Source: Eledone cirrhosa (Eukaryota). Taken from it: 64,000 nucleotides of DNA. Made by a program: the position numbers and the translations under genes. The stretch lies in the NCBI GenBank assembly GCA_964016885.1, contig OZ024743.1, positions 10,292,001-10,356,000 of the forward strand, read 5' to 3'. This document shows, piece after piece, positions 27,001-38,478 of the stretch. Position 1 is the stretch's first letter. Every line of letters begins with the position of its first letter. A model generated the notes under the pieces. That model saw only the letters and a list, made by a program, of their open reading frames with translations. It ran no database searches and was not told the DNA's origin.

Positions 27001-27480
27001 TGATAAATTCCGACCTCACACACTTACACCTCTCCAAGACAATGTCACTGGACCGAGATCTTTGGCGCTACACAGTAATACAGAAGACCCGCCTTGCCTA
27101 AGTACAATACGAAACCTACAGTCAGTAGGCACCTCTAACAAAAATACACCCCCGTCCCACTACCCCCACCCCATCCACACCACCGCTTTCATGTAAAGTT
27201 ATGTTGGTACCACAACATCCAGGCCGAAACAAATGAGGTCGTGTAGGTGTCACGACAAAAAAAACACGCAGTCCACGCTGTAATGTGGCCGTGTAGGTAA
27301 CACGGTAAAAACCTCCCAGTCCACACTGTAAACGTGGTTGGTGTTAGGAAGGGCATCCAGCCATAGAAAACCCGCCAGACAGTCCTAACAGTGCAAGTCA
27401 ACCAATCTTGCTTCAAGTGGGAAAATTCCCGTCCAAACCCATGCAAGCGTGGAAGATGGACATTAAACGATGATGATGAT
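24050..27480 (+). mobile_element. Near-complete RTE-clade LINE ORF2 (APE + RT + PHD) with stops and frameshifts, 3' UTR and (GAT)n tail
   Basis: GGVGIML, SAYAPQ, GDLNGHVG, SQIDYIL, SQHRL (APE); WWWN; GVHQGSVLSPLLF, LLYADD (RT); tail GGACATTAAACGATGATGATGAT. Confidence 0.9.
24210..24356 (+). mobile_element. 147-bp RTE 3'-end copy inserted into the RTE endonuclease region
   Basis: Matches 31535-31670; TSD AAGA (24206-09/24357-60); removing it restores IKIRLVL. Confidence 0.85.
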
Positions 27481-27879
27481 ACAATGATTCAAGCAAACTA
27501 CAACATTCTATCATGATACAGGATTGAGATTTTTGGCGTTATGCAGTAAGACAGAAGACCTACCTTCTGTTGCACACAGACCAAAACATACATCCAATAA
27601 GCACCTCTTAACCACTTATTCCACTATAACCCCTTCCATATACACCCCACGCTCTACATCACCATCCCACATCTGTCCACACCACCCTGACCCAACTTGC
27701 TTCTAATGGGACAACCCGTCTAACCCATATTAGCACAAAGCCAGTCCCACTCTCTTAACCAAGATGATATTTACCAAAAAGAAGAACAAGTCAACATCAT
27801 TGGATACCATCAGGGTTGCAGGTGTTATATCAGAGTTTTCCTTCTCCTATAATTCTGCCTTGACATACATACATATATA

Positions 27880-28150
27880 TATTTGTTTTACAACGCAACG
27901 GGAGGAAACATAATAGTTCCACTGATGATGTCGCAGATGTGTGACGAAAGAACTTTGATAGACTATATATATATATTTATATTTGTATTTTTAACCGTTG
28001 GTCAATCATTGATAAACATTGATTGCCAAATAAATTAACTATGGACATATAAAAGATACAGAAGCAAAAACAAACCCAGACAGTGAGTGTGTTCTGTTAT
28101 TATTTCTGGCAATATTATAACAATATGACCTCCCCAAGTATATCAATATA
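27880..28150 (+). mobile_element. Penelope pseudo-LTR relic with hammerhead motif (27913-27967)
   Basis: CA-CTGATGA-T-GTCGCA-GATG-TGTGAC-GAAA-G-AA-CTT-TG, homologous to 2412-2456; downstream ATGACCTCCCCAAGTATATCAATAT matches 2583-2608. Confidence 0.65.
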
Positions 28151-28399
28151 TATATACATATATTATAGAATAGAGAAATGGCTTCTACAGAACTAGTCAT
28201 GTTTCATTCAAAGGAAATCTTCAGGAAAACCAACTGTCATTGTAATATAGTGGTATTGTATATATATATATGTATTTATATTTTTATACATATCCCGTCT
28301 AACCCATGCTAGCATGGAAGAACGGACGTAAAACGGTGATGATGATGATATCTGGTTAATAAATGAAACAAACAAAATACAGGAGTCAATATTTCACAG

Positions 28400-29600
28400 C
28401 TATATTAGGTTTATGCTAGGAGGAAGTGGAGGCTCTCTGGACCTGAATGTTCTCTCCTCAGTAGAGGCCTACACTTGTTACCCCACACCACATACAGTGA
28501 CGAATTCCACACTCGAGCGGATATTGAACAGTTCCTGTGACATCGTCATCACACCGGCAGACAAGTTTGAAGATAGCTCCAGAAAGATTGAAGAAGTGCT
28601 GATCAATCTGGATCAGTCACAACATCCTACTGCTGGGAGATTTTAACCTCTCCAAGGTTAAATGGCACAAAGGCCAACCCCTCTCAGGAATGATGGTACC
28701 TGAACAAAGGCAAACAGAATCCTTGTTGGACCATAAAGATTCTTCATAGAACAAATAGTACTTCATCCAACAAGAGGTGAGAATACCCTGGATTTCTGCT
28801 TCATGAATAACACAGAGCTCATCCACGATGTGAAAGTGACACCAACGATTTTGTTGAATCATAACATAGACCTAGGAATGTATAATCTGAGAAAGACTGT
28901 AGATATACAGCTAACAGAAAGCACTCAGTCTCTATCCAACTTAAACTTCCACTAAGCTAAGTGAAAAAGGATTCAAGAGGAACTCCTGAAGCAAAATTGG
29001 ACTGGCAGTTTCTCTATGGAAGATATCAACATACAACTTCAGCAATTCATGGAAATAATACAAACTATATGCTCCAAGATTGTCCTGGAAAGAAAGGCTA
29101 ACAGACACAAGAATATTATTCCCAGAGACAAGAGAATACTTTTGAGAAGAAGAATGAAGTTCTCAAACCAACTATACACAAGTAAGGAACAAGACAGAAT
29201 CCCATTTGAAACAGGTAGTTTTAAACTGAAAATGAACTCAGTCTCCCATGTAAAGAAGAGGGCAGATAGAGAAACCAGGGCTATAGAAAACATAAAGACG
29301 AACCCTATGGCATTCTTCAAATTTGCAAAAGAGATCACCTCAGTAAATTATGGGATAGGGCCACTTTTCCATAAAAGTAGCTCACTGACCACAGACCCCC
29401 AAGAGATAAGTGAGGCATTGAATGAACAATACAAAAGTGTTTTCACACCTCCAATGAGTCGCATACAAATAAACAAGTTAGATGAGTTCTTCAACAACAC
29501 TACATTACACAGAGAAATGGCAACCTTCAATCACATAGATATAGAGGTGAAAGATATCAGCCATAGACGTAATGAGACCAAATTCAAAAGGTGGAGGAAC
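28400..29600 (+). pseudogene. Degraded LINE endonuclease/linker fragment (CR1/Jockey-group-like)
   Basis: LLGDFNLS, TRGENTLDFCF, NIKTNPMAFFKFAK...IGPL...EISEALNEQYKSVFT. Confidence 0.7.
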
Positions 29601-30720
29601 TCAGGAGAGTCAACGACCATCCAATAAAGTTTTTTTGTGGAGCAAGAGACTTCTAGTCTTCATTAAGACTTCTCTCTAGGTGATCACTCTGATATAAAAC
29701 CTTCAACTTCATTTGCATCCAATGATGTAGACCATTTTTTCTTTTAGGATAAATGCATTCAATATTTAGAGAGTGGAATTGGCCCCATGCAAAGCTTTTC
29801 CTCCCTTAAAAAAGATTCAAGCAAAGGCATCGATTGATATGAGGCGTATTTTGCGATGCATGGTATTGCTGGCCATAGGCAAGTCCCTAGCAGGACTAAA
29901 ACACCACATCCCTGATGCTCATACATAAGTATCAAGCGATGGCATTACAAGAAATCAAGTTGTAGCCATCATATATATGGCTATAAGCTGCCATTTCTAG
30001 CAACTTCTTGTTCTATTCATACCATTTGTCACTGCCTCACACACACATTCTCTTTTCATTAACTACAGGTCAGTTATTTTAGGTCTCCCTAGTAGTGAGG
30101 ACAATATCGGCTTGAGTACATGCTGATGATCCATAAGGCTGAATTGGTCCCCACTAATTTCATAGTGAAACATTCTCCTAGTGAGACTGTATATGTGTGA
30201 TTTAGCTATGAGGTTGATTTTTTCATTATAATTTATCCTTTTAATTGTAATGTATTTCCCAAACCTCTCGTAACTTATATGTTCTTCATGCTAGTGGTCT
30301 TATAAATCCTGTAAATGGAAACACACTCTCCTATGTTTTTCCTCTCTATATTGTATTTTGAAGAGCCCTGGAAAAACTTGTTCCTTTGAGGTCATTAAAT
30401 TACAGTCCTTTACTCTGTTGATTTACTTGATACATATATATATTTATATATATATGTGTATGTATATATATATATATATATATATTACCCACTCTACTAC
30501 CCTAAGTATTGAGTACTTTGGTGTTTTATGGTCCACCTGGTTCCTTACCACATTTCCTTCGTTATATATATATATATATATGTGTGTGTGTGCATATGTA
30601 TGTATATATATATATGTATATATATATATGTGTGTATATATGTATATATATATATGTGTGTATGTATATATATGTGTGTATATATGTGTATATATATGTG
30701 TATATATATATGTATGCGTA

Positions 30721-31673
30721 TGTTCTCCCTAAAAATGAAAGGCAGGTTGTATGATGCCTGCATGCGAACAGCAATGTTGCATGGCAGTGAGACCTGGGCA
30801 TTGTGTGCAGGGGATATACGCAGACTAGAGAGGAACGAAGTTTGCATGCTCCGCTGGATGTGTAATAGTAATATACGTGAACGGCAAAGCATAAACGAAC
30901 TAAGGAAAAAATTAGAAATAAGAGGGATCAGATGTTGTTTACTCGAGAGAAGGCTACGTTGGTATGGTCACGTGATGCGCATGAAAGACGACAGCTGTAT
31001 AACAAAGTGCAGGGCAATAAAGATAGATGGTAGCCACGGAGTAGGCAGACCCAGAAAAACCTGGGACGAGCTGATAAATTCCGACCTCACACACTTACAC
31101 CTCTCCAAGACAATGTCACTGGACCGAGACCTTTGGCGGTACTCAGTAATAGAGAAGACCCGCCTTACCTAAATACAAAGTAAAACCTACTACAGTCAGT
31201 AGGCATCTCTAACAAAAATACAGCCCCGTCCCACCACCCCCACCCCATCCACACCGCCCCTTTCAATGTAAAGTTATATGGTGCCACAACATCCAGGCCG
31301 AAACAAATGAGATCGTGTAGGTGTCACGACAAAAAAACACACAGTCCACGCTGTAAATGTGGCCGTGTAGGCAACACGGTAAAAACTTCCCAGCCCCACA
31401 CTGTAAATGTGGTTGGTGTTAGGAAGGGCATCCAGCTGTAGAAAACCCGCCAGACAGTCCACGCTGTAATGTGGCCGTGTAGGCAACACGATAAAAACCT
31501 CGCAGCCCCACACTGTAAATGTGGTTGGTGTTAGGAAGGGCATCCAACTGTAGAAAACACGCCAGACAGTCCTATGTGAGCAAGACAACCACTCTTGCCT
31601 CAAGTGGGAAAACTCCCGTCCAAACCTATGCAAGCGTGGAACATGGACGTTAAACGATGATGATGATGATGAT
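30721..31673 (+). mobile_element. 5'-truncated RTE LINE with an internal ~110-bp duplication in the 3' UTR, in a (TA/TG)n array
   Basis: [13 protein letters not shown]...[10 protein letters not shown]...GRPRKTW; UTR segment CAGTCCACGCTGTAA...GCCAGA repeated at about 31342 and 31456. Confidence 0.9.
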
Positions 31674-31761
31674 ATATATATGTGTATATACATGTGTATA
31701 TATGCATATGTATATAATATATGCTAGCGTGGAAAATGGACGTTAAACGATGATGATGATG

Positions 31762-31805
<44 letters not shown>

Positions 31806-31809
31806 ATAT

Positions 31810-31889
<80 letters not shown>

Positions 31890-31891
<2 letters not shown>

Positions 31892-32236
31892 AGGCACATG
31901 GCTTAGTGATTAGAGCATTGGCCTTGCAATCGAAAGGTTGTGAGTTCAATTCTCAGACCGGGTGATGTGTTGTTTCCTTGAGCAAGACACTTTATTTCAC
32001 ATTGCTCCAGTTTACTCAGCTGTAGAAATGAGATGGAAGGGACTGGGATCCATATCATTCCACTGCAAAGTTGTCGTGGAGGTGCCACGGCAAAAAAGCA
32101 CCCAGCACTCAGTGTAAATGAGGTTGGTGTTAGGAAGGGCATCCAGCTGTAGAAATCAAGCCAGAATCAGTTCCCGTCCCACCCTTGCAAGCAGGGAAAA
32201 GTGGACGTAAAATGAAATGATGATGAAAACGATGAT
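31890..32236 (+). mobile_element. SINE family A copy
   Basis: A-box TGGCTTAGTGATTAGAGC, B-box GAGTTCAATTC, CORE-like block, RTE tail; (TA)n on both sides. Confidence 0.85.
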
Positions 32237-32610
32237 ATATATATATATGTATATATCTATATGTATATATCTATATATATATATATATATTCTGGTAGGA
32301 AACAATTCTTTTATTGGCAGAATATGATTATAAGATTTAGAAAAAAATGCATATGTAAAGATGTATATTTTCTAAGTAGCTTTCTCTGCTTCTGTTATTT
32401 CGCTTATACACTAAATAATGCAATTGTGAGAGATGTGTGAACATATCTATTTAACACAATGAGCAAACTCTGTAGACACAGAGATATGCTCTCAGGAGAT
32501 AGCCCAGTTTAGATGTCAGTTCACATATATCTTACATTATTTCAAACACAATTTAAAAATATGACTTCACATGTTAAAATCGAAATAATAATAGTAATAA
32601 TAATAAAAAT

Positions 32611-33780
32611 AATGGTTTCTTTATTATTCACACAGAGCTTACATTAAGAGGACTGTAAGTTCAATACAGGACCATACAGTGTGGGCTTTTTGTGTGAGGA
32701 GAAAGGTTTGTAAAAAGACTAAAAAAATAAACATTTAAAATAAAAACAACGAATTCCACAAAATTGGGGGGATACGTCTGAGTGTCACTCCTGAGGAAAG
32801 CCCACAAAAACCCATGATAAACTTGACCGCTAGGGCAAGTACTCTCTTTTACTGTTGTCCTCCAATTTACAGGCACATACTCAGAGCAAGCTCATTCACT
32901 CAGACAATGCTCACCTCTCTCATTCACTTTTCAACAAACTAGTTGGAATGCCTCATTTCCCACTCCTCCTTGATTTTTTTTCTTTAGGCTTCACCTGAAA
33001 TAGTTTGTCGAAGAGGAAAGCCCTTGTCTTCAAACATTTTGAACCCATACACCACACAACCTCTTTTTTCATGCCCATCAAGCAAATAAAAACTAGCTGT
33101 CCTTCCCCTCTAAACGAAGCTGGCAAAGTAATCTTCACAATGGACTCAGTTGATAGTCAGATCTATCGACTCATAACAGCAGGTGTTCAATTTATACCCA
33201 CAGGTTTTGTCACTCTGCTTATATCTCAGACAGGACCGGCTGATGATACTTCCTTGCCTGTAGTGTTTATTTTGAACCGACAAAACTCCTTTGTAACATT
33301 GCCAGACCAGGGATTTCCTGAAGTTATCCATGGGCCCTGGAAGTTCTTGAAAAAGAGTAGCTAGTTGATTTTCGTCAACCCCAAGAGTCTCCTCAAGAAT
33401 GTCATCATTTTTACCCAGGAATAAACCTCTACAGAATGCAAAGGTGGAGTTTCCACTGATTCCATTCCTGATTGGCCGATGGCTGTGAGTGCTTGGAGAC
33501 ATTCCAGTTTGCAAGCGCTCCCTCTCAATCTTCACTTGACCCAGGACTGCCACTCTGTCAAGGAGATGAGCCAGCGAGGTAGGAACTGAAATCCATCCTA
33601 TAATCCAACCCATCACTGCTCCCAAACATTTGTGTGAAGTGTCACTGAAAAACCACACATATATGCTTGGAATTGAGTACTGTGCACCCATCGTCATCTG
33701 CCAAAGACCAATTGTGGCTTTGTTGTCAAATCACACCTCTGCCACTCAGGCCCATCAAACTGCTTTCATCACCTCATGTT
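32611..33780 (-). pseudogene. Older Tx1-family 3' fragment abutting degenerate (AAT)n (32585-32610)
   Basis: ILEETLGVDENQLATLFQELPGPMDNFRKSLVWQCYKG matches the full-length copy; the 3' UTR is colinear. Confidence 0.8.
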
Positions 33781-33899
33781 AGAGCTACATGCTGATAATA
33801 TACCAGGACCTTGACCTGCCCTATCATAAAAATTAGTGGGAGCATAAACCATCTTCAGTGCTTAAGAAAGATCATATCTTCCTCCTATGGAAATTTTCT

Positions 33900-34743
33900 G
33901 TTCAAACTGATCGAAAGGTAGGAGTAAGTAGTTCAGACATTATATCCACAAAAGATGTCAAAAATGATAATGACATGTGGACATGGTTATGAAGAGGATA
34001 TCTGAAGAAGGAAACAAAGGATATGATTAAGGCAACAAAAGACCAGGTGATAAGGACAAATTGGATCAATGTCAATGTGGATGAAGTGATCAAATCCCCA
34101 TTTTGTAGAATGTATGGAAATGTGTATAAGACAATTAGTCATATTGTATCAGAATGCTTACAACTGGCTCAATGAATATAAAACTGGGATACATGATAAA
34201 ATGGCAGCAGTAATGCATTGGTGACAATTTAAAGAGTTTGGTTTTAATTATAGTGAAAAATAGCATGAACACTTGATGACAAAATGATAAAGTCAAAATT
34301 CCACAGGATATTATAATACAAACTGAAGCAAAGATTGGTCACAACAAAACAGAAAGAAAAGAAATGCTATATTGTAGATTAGCCTGTCCTTTTGACAAAA
34401 GAATAAAGAATAATGGAAAAGAAAAGAAAAAATACTACACTGACCTCAGATATGAAATTGTGAAAGTATGACAGGGTGAGGTAAATAAGATAATACTGCT
34501 ACTGATAATTATAGGAGTACTAAGATGTGTAACAGATCATTTTGCTAAAACTTTGCAATAAATTTGTTTGATCTTGGTATAGAGCTTCTGCAAAAAGCAT
34601 ACCTACTTGACATTGGCAAAATAATAAGAAAAACAATGGATACCACCTAGAAGAACAGAAAGCAATTTTTATTATTTTAAGCTCCAAGATAGAGCCTAAT
34701 AGTTAGAAGAACAATACTGGTAGTTATATCAACACTGTGTAAA
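33900..34743 (+). pseudogene. Degraded R4/Dong 3' end (RLE region) ending in (AAT)n
   Basis: WTWL*RGYLKKETK.MIKATKDQ, PFCRM...HIVSEC, ACPFD-like, IIIGVL, ELLQKAYLL; colinear with 62770-63474. Confidence 0.75.

Positions 34744-34784
<41 letters not shown>
34744..34784. repeat. (AAT)n at the Dong-relic/Tx1 junction
   Basis: Directly visible. Confidence 0.95.
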
Positions 34785-34786
<2 letters not shown>

Positions 34787-35027
34787 TTTTCTTTATTAAC
34801 CACAAGGGTTCACATAAAGTAGACATTAAGGACAGTACAGGACAATACAGGACGGTACAAATGGGCATTTCTGCGTGTAAAAAACAGAGGTTGAAATAAA
34901 ATAACAAAGAAAAATTCCCCAATAGGGGGGAGACTTCCAAGGGACATTTGTGGAGAAAGCCCATTAAAAGACCACAGTGGCCCTGACCACCAGGGCAAGT
35001 GCCCTCTCCCAGTTTTCCACCTTTAAT

Positions 35028-38000
35028 TTACAGACACATACTCAGAGAAGGCCCATTCATTCGGGCCATACTTGCTTCTCTCACCCATCTTTCAACAAAA
35101 TGCTGGGAAGAGAGCACTTCCATCTCTACCCTGATTTTCCTTTTCAAATGAAATTTGAAAAAGTTAATCAGGGCATCACCGAAGAGGTAAGTGCTTCTCT
35201 TCAGCCCTTTCAAACGTGTCCACCATACTATCTCTTTCGCCATGGCCACCAGACAGATAAAAACTGCCTGCCCTTCCAGGCTAAAGGAAGGGGGCGGGGC
35301 AATCCTCACGATGGACTCAGCTGATAGCTGGATCCGTCCTACACGTGACAGCAGGTGTTCGACATAAACCCACAAGTCAGCAATGCTCGGACACTGGACG
35401 AGTGCGTGCAGGACGGTTTCGTCGCCCTGCGCGCATCTCGGACATGCCCGGCTGACGGCACCTCCATGCCTGTAGAGTTTATCCCGAACTGGCAAAGCTC
35501 CTCGGTAGCACTGCCAGGCCAGGAATTTCTGGAAGTTGTCCATAGGCCCCGGCCCGAAAGTCCTTCCGAAGAGATTGGCTAGTTGATTTTCGTCGACGCC
35601 TAGAGTTTCTCCAAATACGTCGTCGCTCTTCCCCTCCACTAATCCCCTATAGAACGCCAAGGTAGAGTTTCCACCGATCACATTGCCCGATTGGCCGAGG
35701 GCTGTGAGCGCCTGAAGACATTCCAGTCTCCAAGCGCTCCCTCTCGGTCTTCGCTTGACCCAGGACTGCAGCTCCGTCAAGGAGACGAGCTGGGGAAAAA
35801 CGTGTCTTGCAAACGGCGACCACACCTGATCACCGTCGAGGAAGAGGTGGAGATGTCGTAGCCTGAGCGCGTGTCTGCGCATCATCAGCTACGGCATGCC
35901 CAGCCCTCCACGTAGCGGGTGTTGACAGCAGATGGACCGCCTGACCATCGGAGCGCGTCCCTTCCACAAGAAGCGAAAGAGCAAACGCTCCAGCGCAGTC
36001 AGGCGGGGCTTAGGACAAGGTACGACGGTCGGGCGGTAGTAGATGACGGATGCGATGTACGCATTCGCCACCTCCGCTCGACCTTTCAGGGATAGCTTCC
36101 TCTCGGCCCATTTCTGGGTGAGAGAAGCCACCCTGCTCGTCACCTCGTCCCAGTTTTTGTCCGTCTGGAGGTCTGGACCGAACCAGACCCCTAGCAATTT
36201 AACCGGTCCGTCCGTCCAGCGCCCGACGACGCTGTTGGACGGCATGGACCTGCCTCTCCAGGTGCCGAGCTGCAGGCCCACTGACTTTTCCTGGTTGATC
36301 ATTGCTCCTGTCACCGCTTCGTATTCTCTTAGTGTAGTGCCGATCGCCTCGATGTGTTTGGCGTTCGACACCACTACGGTGACATCGTCGGCATATGCTG
36401 ACACGGATCTTCCGCATCCTAGTTCGCGCGGGAACCCCCTCAACGTCTCCAGTTTGTGCAGTAATGGCTCGAGAGCCAATACGTACAATAGGGACGAGAG
36501 GGGACATCCTTGGCGGACCGAGCGCATGATGTTGAACGGTTCCGAAAGGTGACCGTTCACTCTCACTACAGAGCAGATGTCGCTATGCATGGCAGCGATC
36601 CAGCCTCTGAAGACGGGCCCAAAGCCAGCCGCCCTCAGGACTGCCGCTAGGTAACGATGGTCGACCCTATCGAAGGCTTTCGACTGATCTAAATTGATCA
36701 AAGACCCACCCGTGCCAGGTTCCCTAGCTACCCTCTCTACGATGTATCGCATGAGGTGGAGGTTGTCGTGGATGGATCTGTCGGGAATGGCGCATGTCTG
36801 TGCCTCTCCCACCAGACCACCAACGACAAGCGCCAACCTCTTTGCTAGCACCTTGGCCAAAATCTTGAACTCTGTGTTTAGCAGAGTTATGGGCCTAAAA
36901 TTATCTATGTTATCCCCCTTGTTCGGATCCTTTCTCAGCAGTGCCACCGCTCCTCGGCTCACAGAGCTGGGAATTCTCCCGTTCTGTTGCCAGTTGCAGT
37001 AGACGTCCGCCAAGAGGCCTCCGAACAAGTTTGGCATTTGTACGTAAAGTTCATAGGGCAGACCATCCAAACCAGGCGATTTACCCCTTGTGCAACTAGT
37101 CATTGCATCCCGTACTTCAGCGGTTGTTATCGGCTTTTCGCAACACTCCGCCTCAGTGGCCGAAAGCCGCGGCAGTCCGTCGAGGTAGACACTAAAGTTC
37201 ATCCCTCGATCCGGCCCGCCACTGCCCCCGAACAGTTGAGCGAAGTGTCGCTGAAAATCTTCACACATTTGCCCGGGATCGAGTAGTATGCGCCCGTCGT
37301 GGTCCACCAAAAGACCGGATCGTGGCTTTGTTGCCACGACGTGCCTCCGCCACTCGGGCCCATTGAACGGCTTTCGTCCCCTCGTGTCTGAGAGCACGCA
37401 CCCTAGCTCTGACAACGCAGCCTTCGTGCTTTGCATTGAAGAATTGGTCAAGGGCCAATTTCGCCGCAAGTACGTCGGTCGCGATGCCTTTGCTAAGCGC
37501 CTCATCTAATTTTCTAACTAATTCTCCCTCTGCTCTATTTTTCTCTATTGCTAAAGTCTTACTGAACCTAATGGACTCTATTCTAATTGCTCTTTTCAGA
37601 GCAAACCACCACTTCTTGTTGACGATGGCCCCCGTCAACGCCCGCTTAACTAGTTCGCTAATCCGGTCTCTGTAGGCCTTGCGCGCTAGTAAGGACGCGT
37701 TTAGCTTCCAGTAGCCGGGTCCTCGTCTATGAAGCCTATCTAAGTCAAGCACACAGATCACGAATTTGTGGTCCGTGTAGCTGACTATCTTGAATTGTGG
37801 ACAGCCTATGCTAGACCTATCTATTTCCCTACAAAATACTCTATCTAGATATGATCTGGATGACCCTATGCGATTTGTCCAAGTCCACATTGGTACATTC
37901 GGGAAATCCATTCGGTACCTGTCAGACAGTTCAAAACGTCTGAGCAGGTTGGTGAGACTCTTGCACCCTCCTTCCCTATCCACTAATCCCACACAATCCC

Positions 38001-38448
38001 AGCGTGCATCTAAGATCCCGTTCCAGTCGCCCACTAACACTAAAGAGCGGGACGTTCCAAGAAAGGTCTCCAGACGCCGGAAGAAATCAGGCCGCCCTGC
38101 TCCTGTCGGGGCATAGACGGCCACTAACCTGAAAGCTTGCTCGTCTCCGCTGGTCACGTCCAGCACCACCAACTTACCTTCTGGGTCCAGGAAGATGGCC
38201 CGTATGGCAAGATCCAAACCTCTCCGAAAAAGCACAGCAACTCCTCCCCCCGATCCCGGACGGCTGGGAGATGCGTACACATCGTAGCCGCCGAAGATCG
38301 GTGCGAAAGCCTGTGCTTCGGAGATTCTGGTCTCGCTGATGGCCACTACATCTATGTTTAGTGACCTGAGGTCGTTGAGCAGGTGGCCCTGCTTCCATGA
38401 CGACCCCAAGCCACGCGCATTTATGCTGCCTATTCTGAGTGAGGTCAT
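35028..38448 (-). pseudogene. Tx1 ORF2 (APE endonuclease, RT, C-terminal zinc finger) with one frameshift and one nonsense codon
   Basis: SINARGL, SETR, GDWN, SYLDRV, TDH; YWKLN; KSPGLDG, FRPITLLN, KAFDRV, VRQGCPLS, AYADD; CPRC...H...C. Extra base in the A4 run at 37309-12; TAG at 35889-91. Confidence 0.9.
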
Positions 38449-38478
38449 GTTGAAAAGGAGTGGAAAAGACCACTTACC

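Noticed and set aside
31890-31965. tRNA gene
   Set aside because: A/B boxes are present but there is no proper cloverleaf, and it continues into a SINE body found in several copies.
35028-38448. Bacterial or horizontally acquired origin of the GC-rich block
   Set aside because: It is a standard eukaryotic LINE ORF2, and older AT-decayed relatives lie in the same window.
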